The position numbers and the translations under genes are program-made. Below, piece after piece: positions 1 to 9,487 of a stretch of DNA of 64,000 nucleotides (the stretch's first letter is position 1; every line of letters begins with the position of its first letter). The notes under the pieces were generated by a model, which ran no database searches, was not told where the DNA came from, and worked only from the letters and a program-made list of their open reading frames with translations. Source of the DNA: Occultella glacieicola (lineage in GTDB: Bacteria > Actinomycetota > Actinomycetes > Actinomycetales > Beutenbergiaceae). The stretch lies in NCBI RefSeq assembly GCF_004353825.1, contig NZ_SMNA01000004.1:62001-126000 (forward strand), read 5' to 3'.

Positions 1-38
1 GACACTTCGGTCACCTGGACCGGCTAATCTCAAGCCTC

Positions 39-494
39 ATGGTCATCTGGAGGGGATGGGGAATCCTCGCAATCCTGTTCATCCCGCTCGGCGCGATCGC
101 GTTCGGCGGACTGTTCACGCTCATCCTCGGTGAGGAGAACTCCTCGCTCGCCGTCGGGATCGGCCTGATCCTCGGCGGCGTCGCGTGCTTCTTCGCCGGC
201 CGCTGGTTCCAGGACTGGGACGCCGAGCGACGCACGAAGAACTACATGCTCGCCCGGCAGGCCGAGGTGGAGGCGACCGTCGCCTCGGGCCGGTTCCAGC
301 CGGTGCCCGGCTATCAGCCGCGCGACCACGCCGAGGCCCAGCAGCTCGCCGGACAGATGCTCGAGAACGAGCGGGCGACCGCGAGGAAGCAACTGCGCAA
401 CCGGCACACGATCTTCTTCATCCCGATGCAGTACTTCGGCATCGTGCTCGCTGCCGTCGGCCTGATCCCGATCTTCCTCAACTTCACCAGCTGA
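39..494 (+). CDS. hypothetical membrane protein
   Basis: 151-aa ORF with two N-terminal and one C-terminal hydrophobic segment; typical GC3-rich codons. Confidence 0.75.
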   Translation: MVIWRGWGILAILFIPLGAIAFGGLFTLILGEENSSLAVGIGLILGGVACFFAGRWFQDWDAERRTKNYMLARQAEVEATVASGRFQPVPGYQPRDHAEAQQLAGQMLENERATARKQLRNRHTIFFIPMQYFGIVLAAVGLIPIFLNFTS

Positions 495-539
495 CCGCTC
501 CCCGGCGCGGTGTCTGGGGAGGCGATTAGGCTCGACGGC

Positions 540-1331
540 ATGACCGTCATCGGAGCCCACGTCGACCAGACCGATCCCATCGCCGAGGCCCGCGCCCGTG
601 GCGCGGACGCGGTGCAGATCTTCCTCGGCGACCCGCAGGGGTGGAAGGGCCCGGAGGTCGCCTACGACGGCGGAGCATCGGCTCTCAAGGCGGCCGCCGC
701 CGAGGCGGGGGTCACCCTGTACGTCCACTCGCCGTACGTCATCAATGTGGCGACCACGAACAACCGGATCCGGATCCCGAGCCGCAAACTGCTGCAGCAG
801 CACGTGAACCTCGCGGCCGAGATCGGGGCCGCGGGCATCGTGGTGCACGGCGGGCAGGTGCTGGCCGCGGACGACCCGGCCAAGGGGTTCGACAACTGGC
901 GCAAGTGCGTCGACGGTCTGGACATGCCGATCCCGGTGCTGATCGAGAACACGGCGGGCGGGACCAACTCGATGGCCCGCGGGGTCGAGAAGCTGGAGCG
1001 GCTGTGGGCCTCGGTGCTCGAGGCGGACGGTGGCGCCGACGTCGGCTTCTGTCTGGACACCTGCCACGCCTACGCCGGCGGCGAGGAACTGGCCGGCCTG
1101 GTCGAACGCGTCAAGGCCGTCACCGGCCGGGTCGACCTGGTGCACGCCAACGACTCGCGGGACGCCTTCGACTCCGGCGCCGACCGGCACGCCAACCTCG
1201 GCCAGGGCTCCCTGCCCGAGGCGGACCTGATCGACCTCATCCGCGAGGCCGGCACCCCGGTGATCGTGGAGACGCCGGGCGCGGCGCCCGAGCACGCCGC
1301 CGACATCGCCTGGCTGCGCGAGCGCCTCTGA
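540..1331 (+). CDS. nfo: endonuclease IV (AP endonuclease family 2)
   Basis: Motifs IGAHV, VHSPYVIN, IENTAG, CLDTCHA, HANDS, DRHANLG, ETP; TAGGCT -10 box 7 nt before ATG 540. Confidence 0.92.
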   Translation: MTVIGAHVDQTDPIAEARARGADAVQIFLGDPQGWKGPEVAYDGGASALKAAAAEAGVTLYVHSPYVINVATTNNRIRIPSRKLLQQHVNLAAEIGAAGIVVHGGQVLAADDPAKGFDNWRKCVDGLDMPIPVLIENTAGGTNSMARGVEKLERLWASVLEADGGADVGFCLDTCHAYAGGEELAGLVERVKAVTGRVDLVHANDSRDAFDSGADRHANLGQGSLPEADLIDLIREAGTPVIVETPGAAPEHAADIAWLRERL

Positions 1332-1343
1332 TCTGCCAGTGGA

Positions 1344-1763
1344 TCACCGGCCCGTCAGTTCCTTGAGCAGCATGAGCTCGGTGGCCTCCCCGGGGAGCAG
1401 GAGTGCCCCGAAGTCGCGGTACCCGAGATGTCGGTAGAAGTGCTGCGCTGACTCGTCCGACAACGTCGACGTCATGACCCTGGCGCGACCGGCGTGCCGC
1501 ATCCGGGCCCCCCAGTCGTCGACGAGGAGGCGCCCGAGGCCTCGCCCGCGCCCGGCCTCGACGACGAACAGCAGGTTCATGAACGGGACCTCGTCCCAGA
1601 ACAAGCCCCAGCGCAACCACCCGAGGTGTGTGCCGCCGTCGACGGCGACCAATACCCGGCCACGTGAGACGACGGCGTCCAGCTCGCCCCGGGCGATGTG
1701 CTGGTCGTGGGCGCCGAGGAAGGCCAGGTCGTGGTCCCCGGCCACACGGATGTCTGCGGTCAT
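1344..1763 (-). CDS. GNAT family N-acetyltransferase
   Basis: LLFV..GRGRGLG acetyl-CoA motif and AQHFYRHLGY; start taken at MTADIRV. Confidence 0.85.
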   Translation of the reverse strand: MTADIRVAGDHDLAFLGAHDQHIARGELDAVVSRGRVLVAVDGGTHLGWLRWGLFWDEVPFMNLLFVVEAGRGRGLGRLLVDDWGARMRHAGRARVMTSTLSDESAQHFYRHLGYRDFGALLLPGEATELMLLKELTGR

Positions 1764-1923
1764 ATCCCGATCCTGCCGGACAGTGCCGGACGGGCCGGTC
1801 CGCACAGTCTGTGACCAGGCACACGTCGCTGATCAGACCGCGCGGGACGTAGGGCCCGGCTCATGCCGCTTCCCGTGGCGTTCCATTGAATCAGAACCGG
1901 ACGGCAGTGTCCGGACCGAGGAG

Positions 1924-3672
1924 ATGACAGGAATGCGTGCGATCCGCCGGGCCCGTGGAGTGGCCCTGGCAACATCAATGGTGCTTGCGCTCGGGGCGAG
2001 CTTCGCCGTGAGCGCGCCGGCCGATGCGGCCGTGCCGGAGGAGGGTTTCAACCCGTTCACCGCCGCCGGTGGCTACAGCATCTACGCCCGATCCGATGCC
2101 CTGCTCGGGAACGCCGAGACCGAGGGTGCGATCGCCGTCGGGGGCACCCTCGCCGTGCGCTCCGACGGCGGGGGGTACGGGGTCCTGCACGTCGCGGCGG
2201 GCACCGGGGACTACATCCTGCCGGTCGTGGACGGTGAGCCGAACCGGCTGCTGATCGGAGGCTTCGCGGCCGAGGACAACGGTCGCGTGGAGGTCAGTGG
2301 CGCCGGTTCGAGCGAGGTCGGCACGGTCAAGCTGACCCCGCAGCCGCAGGACTCACCCTTCGGGTACGAAGAGCGGGGTGGGTGGATCCGCTACCGGCTC
2401 GCCGGCGCCGAGGCCGACCAGCCGCCGCTCATCGACGCCAGGGGCCAGGCCTGGCCGGGGGACGCCGAGTCCGCTGCGGCCCAACTCACCACGGCAGAAC
2501 CGACGGTGGCGACCTATGTCGAGTCGCAGATGTCCTGGACCTACGACGAGGCGGCCCGGTGCCTGGCCGATGTCACGGATCCGGACACCGGTCTGGCGAA
2601 CCACGTCGCAGTCGCCGAGGACACCGGTGACCGGGTCGTTCTCGAGCCGCTCGCCGCGGACCGCGTGAACGTCGTGAACTACGGGGACCTCGTCGGCGCC
2701 GGCGTCATCCAGTTCAGTGGTGGCGTGACCCCGGGTGTCACCAACCCTCTCATCGTTCGCGTCGACGCCGGGACCACCTCCGTGCTCGCGGCCCGCGCCG
2801 ACCCGGCCGGGTACGCGCCGTACCTCATGTGGGACCTCTCGGCAGTCACCGGAGCGGTCGAGGTGCGGGCCGCGAACTCCCGCATCGATGGGTCGGTCTA
2901 TGCACCGAACGTGGACCTCACCCTGCACGCCCAGCCGATCGACGGCCAGATCATCGCCGACGACCTGCACCTGTCCGACAGTTCCGGCGAGGCGCACGCG
3001 TACTTCTTCCGCGGCTCGCTCCCGTGCGCCGTGCCGCAGCAGACGGGCGGCTTCACGGTGACCAAGGTCGTCACCGGTGACGGTGCCGACCTGGTGCCGG
3101 CCGACGCCGTGTTCACCGTCGAGTACGCGCTCGACGGCGGTGCACCGGTCTCCCTGACGCTCGCCCCGGGCGAGACGTCCGCGGTGATCGCCGGTCTCCC
3201 GATCGGGACCGAGGTGAGCTTGCGGGAGGTTCGGCCGGCCGACGGCGACGAGGTGGCGTGGGCGGCGCCGACCTGGAGCGTCGACGGTGCCGGGCTGGCG
3301 CCCGACGCCGACGGCTCGGTGGGGTTCGCGGTGACGGGCTCGTCCGTCGTCGAACTCACCGTCACGAACACGGCGACACCGGTGGACCCGGATCCCACGG
3401 ACCCGGATCCCACGGACCCGGATCCCACGGACCCGGTCCCCGTCGACCCGGACCCCACTGAACCCGACGGCCCCGACGAGCAGGTCCCGCCGAGCCCGGA
3501 CGCCCAGGAGCCGGGCGGCACACCGGCCGACAGCGATCAGTCGGATTCGACCGGATCCACGCAGGAGCTGCCGACGACCGGAGCCGACGCAGCCGCGTTG
3601 CTCCTGTTGGCCGGGGCCCTCGCAGGGACCGGGCTCGGCGTGCGGCGGCTGGCCCGGATCCGGAGGTCCTGA
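1924..3672 (+). CDS. sortase-anchored surface protein with choice-of-anchor A-like domain and Ig/Cna-like domain
   Basis: Signal peptide, ETEGAIAVGG and IDGSVYAP..IDGQI motifs, GFTVTKVVTG..VTNT domain, D/P-rich stalk, LPTTG + TM + basic tail. Confidence 0.8.
   Translation: MTGMRAIRRARGVALATSMVLALGASFAVSAPADAAVPEEGFNPFTAAGGYSIYARSDALLGNAETEGAIAVGGTLAVRSDGGGYGVLHVAAGTGDYILPVVDGEPNRLLIGGFAAEDNGRVEVSGAGSSEVGTVKLTPQPQDSPFGYEERGGWIRYRLAGAEADQPPLIDARGQAWPGDAESAAAQLTTAEPTVATYVESQMSWTYDEAARCLADVTDPDTGLANHVAVAEDTGDRVVLEPLAADRVNVVNYGDLVGAGVIQFSGGVTPGVTNPLIVRVDAGTTSVLAARADPAGYAPYLMWDLSAVTGAVEVRAANSRIDGSVYAPNVDLTLHAQPIDGQIIADDLHLSDSSGEAHAYFFRGSLPCAVPQQTGGFTVTKVVTGDGADLVPADAVFTVEYALDGGAPVSLTLAPGETSAVIAGLPIGTEVSLREVRPADGDEVAWAAPTWSVDGAGLAPDADGSVGFAVTGSSVVELTVTNTATPVDPDPTDPDPTDPDPTDPVPVDPDPTEPDGPDEQVPPSPDAQEPGGTPADSDQSDSTGSTQELPTTGADAAALLLLAGALAGTGLGVRRLARIRRS
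3385..3459 (+). repeat. 15-bp tandem repeat encoding DPDPT
   Basis: gacccggatcccacg x3 followed by two degenerate copies. Confidence 0.9.
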
Positions 3673-3784
3673 CCCGACCGGGCCAAGGCCGGCGCCAGCG
3701 GCCCCTGAGCCGACCACAACGAGAGCGGCCCGCCACCCCACGAGGTGACGGGCCGCCGTCGTGCGTTGCGCCGCAGGCGCCGCC

Positions 3785-5125
3785 CTACTCGGCCTGTGCC
3801 TCGTTGCCGGCGTCCTGCCCCTGCTGCAACGCCGTCGGGACGTCGAGGCGACCAGCGAACATCTCCTCGAAGAACGGGCCGTAGGCGTTCATGCCGGCCT
3901 GCACCCGCGGACCGACAGGCGCGGCGGCGGTGTCACCGGCGGCGGCGTCGAGGAACACCTGGGTGTCGACGCCCTGCTCGGTCCAGTAGTCCGTGAACGA
4001 GGACTGCGCGTCCACGGCCGCCGGGAACGAGGCCCCGTTGGCGCCGAGCGGGAGCTGGCCCTCGGCGGAGCCGAGCCATGCCAGGACGGCGGTGGTCGCC
4101 TCCAGGTGCTCGGTCGCGGCGTTGCCGAGCGCGGCCACCCCGTGCACCACGCCGACACGGCCCTCGGGTCCTTCGAGCATCGGGGCCAGGCCCCACTCGA
4201 ACTCGGCGTCCGCCATCGCCGGCAGCGAGTACTGACCGGACTGGAAGAACGCCATCTTGCCCTGCACGAACAGGTCGCGGGCGAGGTCGCCGTTCTGGCT
4301 GGTGTCCGCGGCCGAGGGGGAGACGTGGTGGGTGTTGATCAGGTCCACGACGTACTGGAAGGCGGCCTCTCCCTCGGGGGAGTTGAACGCGAACTGGTTG
4401 TCGGAGTCCTGGAACACGCCCCCGTTGGAGGCCAGGAAGTCGATGTAGATGGCCTGGAGGTCATTCTGGGCGTTGAAGCCGAACTGTGCGATGTCGTCGG
4501 CGTTGAACGCGGGATCGGCGGCGGTCACTCCGGCGGCGTCGAGCGTGAGCTGCTGGGCGGCAGGCAGGAATGTGTCGTCCGCGCCCGTGGGGTCCCACCG
4601 CAGCGTGGTCGGGTCGATCCCGGCCGCGTCCACGAGGTCCTTGTTGTAGAACAGTGCGATCGAGTCCGAGAGCTGCGGTACCCCCCACAGCGAACCGTCC
4701 CGGGTGTACAGGTCCACCACGGACTGGGTCCACTCGTCGTGGTCGTCACCGAGCGCCTCGGTGATGTCGATGAGGTTGCCGTTGTCCGCGTAGAGGGCGA
4801 AGTTCGAGGTATTCGTCCAGAAGATGTCCGCCATCGTGCCGGAGCCGATGTCCTGCGGCAGCCGCTCCCAGTAGTTCGCCCAGGGGACCACCTCCACGTC
4901 CACGGTGATCTCGGGGTTCGCCTCCGTGAACGCCGCGAACGACTCCTCGTAGGCCGCGGCCGCGGCGTCGTCCCAGAGCCGGAACGTGACGGTGGTCGAA
5001 TCGCCGTCCCCGGAGCCGTCGTCCCCGGAGTCGCCGGAGCTGCCGGGCGAGCACGCCGCCAGCACCACCGCGGTGACTCCGATGGCGCCCGCGGCACCGA
5101 GCAGCCTGCTCCTACGGATGTTCAT
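3785..5125 (-). CDS. uspC: sugar ABC transporter substrate-binding lipoprotein, UspC-like
   Basis: Lipobox LAAC; RLWD..AAAY..SFAAFT, LWGVPQL.D, ND.QAIY, FQSG.YSL segments recalled from mycobacterial UspC. Confidence 0.8.
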   Translation of the reverse strand: MNIRRSRLLGAAGAIGVTAVVLAACSPGSSGDSGDDGSGDGDSTTVTFRLWDDAAAAAYEESFAAFTEANPEITVDVEVVPWANYWERLPQDIGSGTMADIFWTNTSNFALYADNGNLIDITEALGDDHDEWTQSVVDLYTRDGSLWGVPQLSDSIALFYNKDLVDAAGIDPTTLRWDPTGADDTFLPAAQQLTLDAAGVTAADPAFNADDIAQFGFNAQNDLQAIYIDFLASNGGVFQDSDNQFAFNSPEGEAAFQYVVDLINTHHVSPSAADTSQNGDLARDLFVQGKMAFFQSGQYSLPAMADAEFEWGLAPMLEGPEGRVGVVHGVAALGNAATEHLEATTAVLAWLGSAEGQLPLGANGASFPAAVDAQSSFTDYWTEQGVDTQVFLDAAAGDTAAAPVGPRVQAGMNAYGPFFEEMFAGRLDVPTALQQGQDAGNEAQAE

Positions 5126-5266
5126 CGGTCATTCCTTTCGCGCCGGGCGGTGTGCCCGTCCCCTCGAGGCACGGTAGCCCGGTGCGGTCCCAGGAGCCCA
5201 CGGCAGCCCGAGTCGCGACCGAATCGTGATACGGAGGTCGGCGGCCGGGGCCGCCGGACCGCTGAC

Positions 5267-5298
5267 GCCCCGGGCTCGGCCCTGTCCGAGCCCGGGGC
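5267..5298 (-). terminator. GC-rich stem-loop downstream of hsp20
   Basis: Perfect 13-bp stem gccccgggctcgg / ccgagcccggggc, 6-nt loop. Confidence 0.7.
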
Positions 5299-5313
5299 CG
5301 CCACGGGCGAGAG

Positions 5314-5769
5314 TCAGCCGGTCGACGCAGTCTCGCCGGCTGTCGACGCACCTGCACCGATCTGCGACGGCGACGTCGTATGGGCGACCTCGATGCGGCG
5401 AGGCTTGGCCTGCTCACTGACCGGGATCGTGAGTGACAGGACACCGTCTGCGTAGCTAGCCGAGATCTGGTCGAGCGCCAGCCCCTGACCCAACGTCAGT
5501 TGCCGGGCGAAGGTGCCGGAAGGGCGCTCGCGGACCAGCCAGTCGGCCTCGGCCGAGGGAGCCGTGCGCTCGGCTCGGATGGTCAGAATCCGGTCCTCGA
5601 CCGAGATATCGATCGATCCCGGGTCCACCCCGGGCAGATCCATCGAGAGCACGTAGTGGTCGGTCTCGCGCTGCAGATCGATCGGCATCACCGCCGCGTC
5701 TCGGCTGCTCGTGGACAGCGCCGTGAGCATCCTGTCGATCTCGTGGAACGGGTCGAAGCGGGTAGCCAT
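5314..5769 (-). CDS. Hsp20/alpha-crystallin small heat shock protein
   Basis: RFDPF, DLPGVDP, ER..G.F.RQL.LG, A.Y.DGVL.LTIP; strong RBS GAGGAGG. Confidence 0.95.
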   Translation of the reverse strand: MATRFDPFHEIDRMLTALSTSSRDAAVMPIDLQRETDHYVLSMDLPGVDPGSIDISVEDRILTIRAERTAPSAEADWLVRERPSGTFARQLTLGQGLALDQISASYADGVLSLTIPVSEQAKPRRIEVAHTTSPSQIGAGASTAGETASTG

Positions 5770-5866
5770 CGCTCATCACCTCCTCATCAGGTGGGCCCCG
5801 ACCTTCGAGGCCCGGTCACGATCCCGTCACCGGGATTCCGATGACGGGTGGCTACGACGCATAGAT

Positions 5867-5893
5867 TTAGCACTAGGCACCCGAGAGTGCCAG
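5867..5893. promoter_or_regulatory. CIRCE element (HrcA operator)
   Basis: TTAGCACTA-N9-GAGTGCCAG versus consensus TTAGCACTC-N9-GAGTGCTAA, about 100 bp upstream of hsp20. Confidence 0.8.
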
Positions 5894-6013
5894 CCTGACC
5901 TGTTCGCTGCCCGCGAACAGGCGTCGGCCTGAGCCGACGCCCCGCGGAGGACCCTTCTGCTGGTCATCCGGGGCACCGTGGTCGCCGGCCCGGCCCGCTG
6001 CGATACTGGCCCG

Positions 6014-7816
6014 ATGCCCGCCAGCGCATTCACCACCCGCCCGGAACTGCTCGGCACGTTCGGGATGGTGGCCTCGACCCACTGGCTCGCCTCGGCGGCC
6101 GGGATGGCCGTGTTGGAGGCGGGCGGCAATGCCTACGACGCCGCCGTCGCGGCCGGCTTCGTGCTGCACGTGGTCGAGCCGCACCTCAACGGTGTCGGCG
6201 GGGACATGCCCGCGATCTGCCACGACGCCCGGACCGGACGGACGTTCGTCGTCTGCGGCCAGGGCACTGCGCCGGCCGCCGCCACTCCGGAGGTCTTCAC
6301 CGACGAGGGCCTGGCCGAGATCCCCGGCACCGGCCTCCTCGCCGCGACCGTGCCCGGCACGTTCGGGGCCTGGATGCTCATGCTGGAGCGGTACGGCACG
6401 ATGCGGCTGCGGGAGGTGCTCGGCTACGCGATCGGCTACGCCCGGGACGGTTACCCCCTCGTGGCGCAGGCCGTGAACACGATCGCGGCGGTGGCCCCGG
6501 TGTTCGCCGAGCACTGGCAGACCTCCGCGCAGATCTATACCCCCGCTGGGCGGGCACCGGAGCCGCGGTCACGGTTCGCCAACCCGATGCTCGCGGACAC
6601 CCTGGATCGCCTGGTCGCCGAGGGCGAGGCTGCCGGGACCACCCGGGAGGCGCAGATCGAGGGGGCCCGGCGCGCGTTCTACGCCGGCTTCGTCGCCGAG
6701 GCGATCCACGACTTCGCCGCCACCGAGCAGTGGGATCCGACCGGCACCCACCGTGGCCTGCTCACCGGTGCCGACCTGGACGGATGGCGGGCGAGCGAGG
6801 AGGAGCCGCTGGTCGCCGACTTCGCCGGGGTCCAGGTCGCCAAGACCGGGCCTTGGGGGCAGGGCCCGGTCCTGCTGCAGCAGTTGCGGATCCTCGAGAC
6901 CTTCGACCTCGCCTCCATGAGCCCCGGCTCGGCGGACCTGGTGCACACCGTTGTGGAGTCCGCGAAGCTCGCGTTCGCCGACCGGGAGGCCTGCTACGGC
7001 GACCCGGATCACGTGGACGTCCCGACCGGCGAACTGACCTCACCCTCCTACGCCGCCGAGCGCGCACGGCTGATCGGGCCGATGGCGGACGGCGCGCTGC
7101 GCCCCGGCTCACCCGGCGGGCGGGAGCCGCACCTTCCACGGGCAGTGCTCGCGGCGATGGCCGACGGCGGCGCGTGGCCGGATGGTCTGGCGACGCCGCC
7201 CGTGCCGGGTCAGGGTGAGCCGACCGTGGCCCGCGGGGACACCTGCCACCTGGACGTCGTCGACCGCTGGGGCAACGTCGTGTCGGCGACCCCATCGGGC
7301 GGGTGGCTGCAGTCCTCGCCGAGCATCCCGGACCTCGGGTTCGCGCTCGGGACCAGGGCCCAGATGTTCTGGCTGGAGCAGGGCTTGGCGTCCTCGCTGG
7401 CGCCGGGCCGGCGTCCCCGGACCACCTTGAGCCCGAGCATGCTGCTGCGGGACGGTCGCCCGTATCTGGCGTTCGGAACCCCCGGCGGGGACCAGCAGGA
7501 CCAGTGGACGGTGCCGTTCCTGATCAACCACCTCGTCTTCGGGATGGACCTGCAGGCCGCGATCGACGCCCCGACCTGGCACACCACCCATGGCCCGTCC
7601 TCGTTCGCGCCCCGGGTCGCCGAGCCCTTCGGGGTGCGCGCCGAGTCCCGGCTCGGCGCCGGCGTGCTGGCGGACCTGCGCCGTCGCGGACATCAACTGA
7701 CGGAGGCCGACCCGTGGTCGCTCGGGCGGGTCAGCGCCGCCGGGATCCGTCCCGACGGCCTCCTTGTCGCGGCCGCCAACCCGCGCGGCATGCAGGGCTA
7801 CGCGGTCGGGCGCTGA
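6014..7816 (+). CDS. ggt: gamma-glutamyltransferase family protein
   Basis: GGNAYDAAVA, EPHLNGVGGD, ATVPG, nucleophile DTCHL.VVD, GTPGGDQQ. Confidence 0.9.
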   Translation: MPASAFTTRPELLGTFGMVASTHWLASAAGMAVLEAGGNAYDAAVAAGFVLHVVEPHLNGVGGDMPAICHDARTGRTFVVCGQGTAPAAATPEVFTDEGLAEIPGTGLLAATVPGTFGAWMLMLERYGTMRLREVLGYAIGYARDGYPLVAQAVNTIAAVAPVFAEHWQTSAQIYTPAGRAPEPRSRFANPMLADTLDRLVAEGEAAGTTREAQIEGARRAFYAGFVAEAIHDFAATEQWDPTGTHRGLLTGADLDGWRASEEEPLVADFAGVQVAKTGPWGQGPVLLQQLRILETFDLASMSPGSADLVHTVVESAKLAFADREACYGDPDHVDVPTGELTSPSYAAERARLIGPMADGALRPGSPGGREPHLPRAVLAAMADGGAWPDGLATPPVPGQGEPTVARGDTCHLDVVDRWGNVVSATPSGGWLQSSPSIPDLGFALGTRAQMFWLEQGLASSLAPGRRPRTTLSPSMLLRDGRPYLAFGTPGGDQQDQWTVPFLINHLVFGMDLQAAIDAPTWHTTHGPSSFAPRVAEPFGVRAESRLGAGVLADLRRRGHQLTEADPWSLGRVSAAGIRPDGLLVAAANPRGMQGYAVGR

Positions 7817-7906
7817 CCACGCGGCCGACGCGCCGTCCTCGCCTCGACGAACGGCGCTGGTACCGTCCACGCAACGAGTCGTCCCTCCCGAGGAAGCGAG
7901 AACCTC

Positions 7907-9469
7907 GTGCGTCCTGCGCCCCCAGGCCCCCGTCGGCTGCGTCGATCGGTCACCGCCGCCCTTGCCCTCGCGCTGGTCGCGTCCCTGTTCGGCGCGATGC
8001 CGGCGACGGCGGCGCCCGCCACGTCCGGCAACGTCACCGCCCCGGTGGACACCGGCACGTACCGGATGTCCTCGGCGCAGGGACCCCGCTGCCTGCCGAT
8101 CATCAATGCGACGACCTGGCACAACGGCCAGGACCTCGGGGGCGCGGTCGGGAACGCGCTGTACGCGGTCGCCGACGGCGTGGTCACCCGGGCCCAGCCT
8201 GACTCCGCCGCCGGCCAGTGGATCACGGTCCGGCACGTCATCGACGGGGTCACGATCACGATCGGGTACTCCCACGTGGTCAACGCCACCCAGTACGTGC
8301 GGGTCGGTCAGCGGGTCTCGCAGGGGCAGCGGATCGCGACCATGGGCAACACCGGGGTCTCCACGTCCCCGCACCTGCACCTGGAGGTCTGGCGCGGCGA
8401 CTACGGCGGGACCCTGCTCGACCCGGAGGCCTGGTTCCGTCAGCAGGGCATCGACCTGCGCGCGAACGCGGACCTGATCACCCAGGTCCGCACGCCCACC
8501 CAGTGCCTCTACTACGCGCAGGGGACCACCACGATCTACCGGAGCGCGTCGACCTCCTCCACGGTCCGGGGGACCGTGCCGGCACGCACCGTGCTGACGT
8601 CGACGCCCGGGGCGTCCTCGGGCAACTTCATCCAGGTCACCGCCGGCCGGATCACCGGGTGGGCGCCGCGCGCGAACGTCACGCCGACCGACGACATCTA
8701 CACCCGGCGGCACCTGCTCGGTGATCACGACTACACCGGCGACGGCGTCCCGGACGTGCTGGCCGTGACCGCGTCCGGCGCGCTGCTGCAGTACCCGGGC
8801 AACGGCAGCGGCGGCTTCCTGTCGATGCGGCAGGTCGGCAACGGCTGGACGGGGTTCGAGATCATTGCCACCGGGGACTTCAGCGGGGACCGGCGCGCCG
8901 ACCTGCTCGGTGTCGACCCGTCCGGGCGGCTGTTCCTGTACCCGGGCACCGGGCGCGGCGGGTTCGCCGGCCGTGTGCAGATCGGGCACGGCTGGGGCTC
9001 CTTCACCCACCTGTTCGCGATCGCCGACTTCAGCGGCGACCTGCGCACCGACCTGATCGCCGTGGACTCCTCGGGTCGGATGTTCCGCTATGCCGGGCTC
9101 GGCAACGGACGGGTCGGCGCCCGGACCCAGATCGGGCACGGCTGGCAGGCATTCTCCCGGATCCTGGCCGGCGGCGATCTCAACGACGACAGCGCGTCCG
9201 ACCTGATCGCCATCGACGCCAATGGCCGACTGTTCGTCTACTACGCGAACTCGCAGGGGGCGATGAACTCCGCCCAGCAGATCGGCCAGGGCTGGGGGAA
9301 CTTCACGCTCGTGCCGGTCGGCGACTTCAACCGGGACACCTACTCCGACTTCCTCGGCATCAACAACACCACCGGCGCCGCCTACCTGTACCGGGGCGAC
9401 GGGAAGGGACGGGTCGGATCGGCGGTGCCGGTCGGGAGGGGCTGGGCCACGTTCGCCCAGGTGCTGTAG
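7907..9469 (+). CDS. secreted M23 peptidase with SH3-like domain and FG-GAP/VCBS repeats
   Basis: Signal peptide; HNGQD, YSH, GNTG.STSPHLHLE; four D(F/Y/L)xGD..DL...QIG.GW-type repeats. Confidence 0.88.
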   Translation: MRPAPPGPRRLRRSVTAALALALVASLFGAMPATAAPATSGNVTAPVDTGTYRMSSAQGPRCLPIINATTWHNGQDLGGAVGNALYAVADGVVTRAQPDSAAGQWITVRHVIDGVTITIGYSHVVNATQYVRVGQRVSQGQRIATMGNTGVSTSPHLHLEVWRGDYGGTLLDPEAWFRQQGIDLRANADLITQVRTPTQCLYYAQGTTTIYRSASTSSTVRGTVPARTVLTSTPGASSGNFIQVTAGRITGWAPRANVTPTDDIYTRRHLLGDHDYTGDGVPDVLAVTASGALLQYPGNGSGGFLSMRQVGNGWTGFEIIATGDFSGDRRADLLGVDPSGRLFLYPGTGRGGFAGRVQIGHGWGSFTHLFAIADFSGDLRTDLIAVDSSGRMFRYAGLGNGRVGARTQIGHGWQAFSRILAGGDLNDDSASDLIAIDANGRLFVYYANSQGAMNSAQQIGQGWGNFTLVPVGDFNRDTYSDFLGINNTTGAAYLYRGDGKGRVGSAVPVGRGWATFAQVL

Positions 9470-9487
9470 GTCAGGTGGCCCGGCAGT

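Noticed and set aside
1474..1923. Long N-terminal extensions in the ORF track (also 10436-10930, 26742-27101, 35207-35482, 51452-51628)
   Set aside because: They overlap opposite-strand genes or promoters; downstream starts have an RBS or -10 box and begin at the signal peptide or domain
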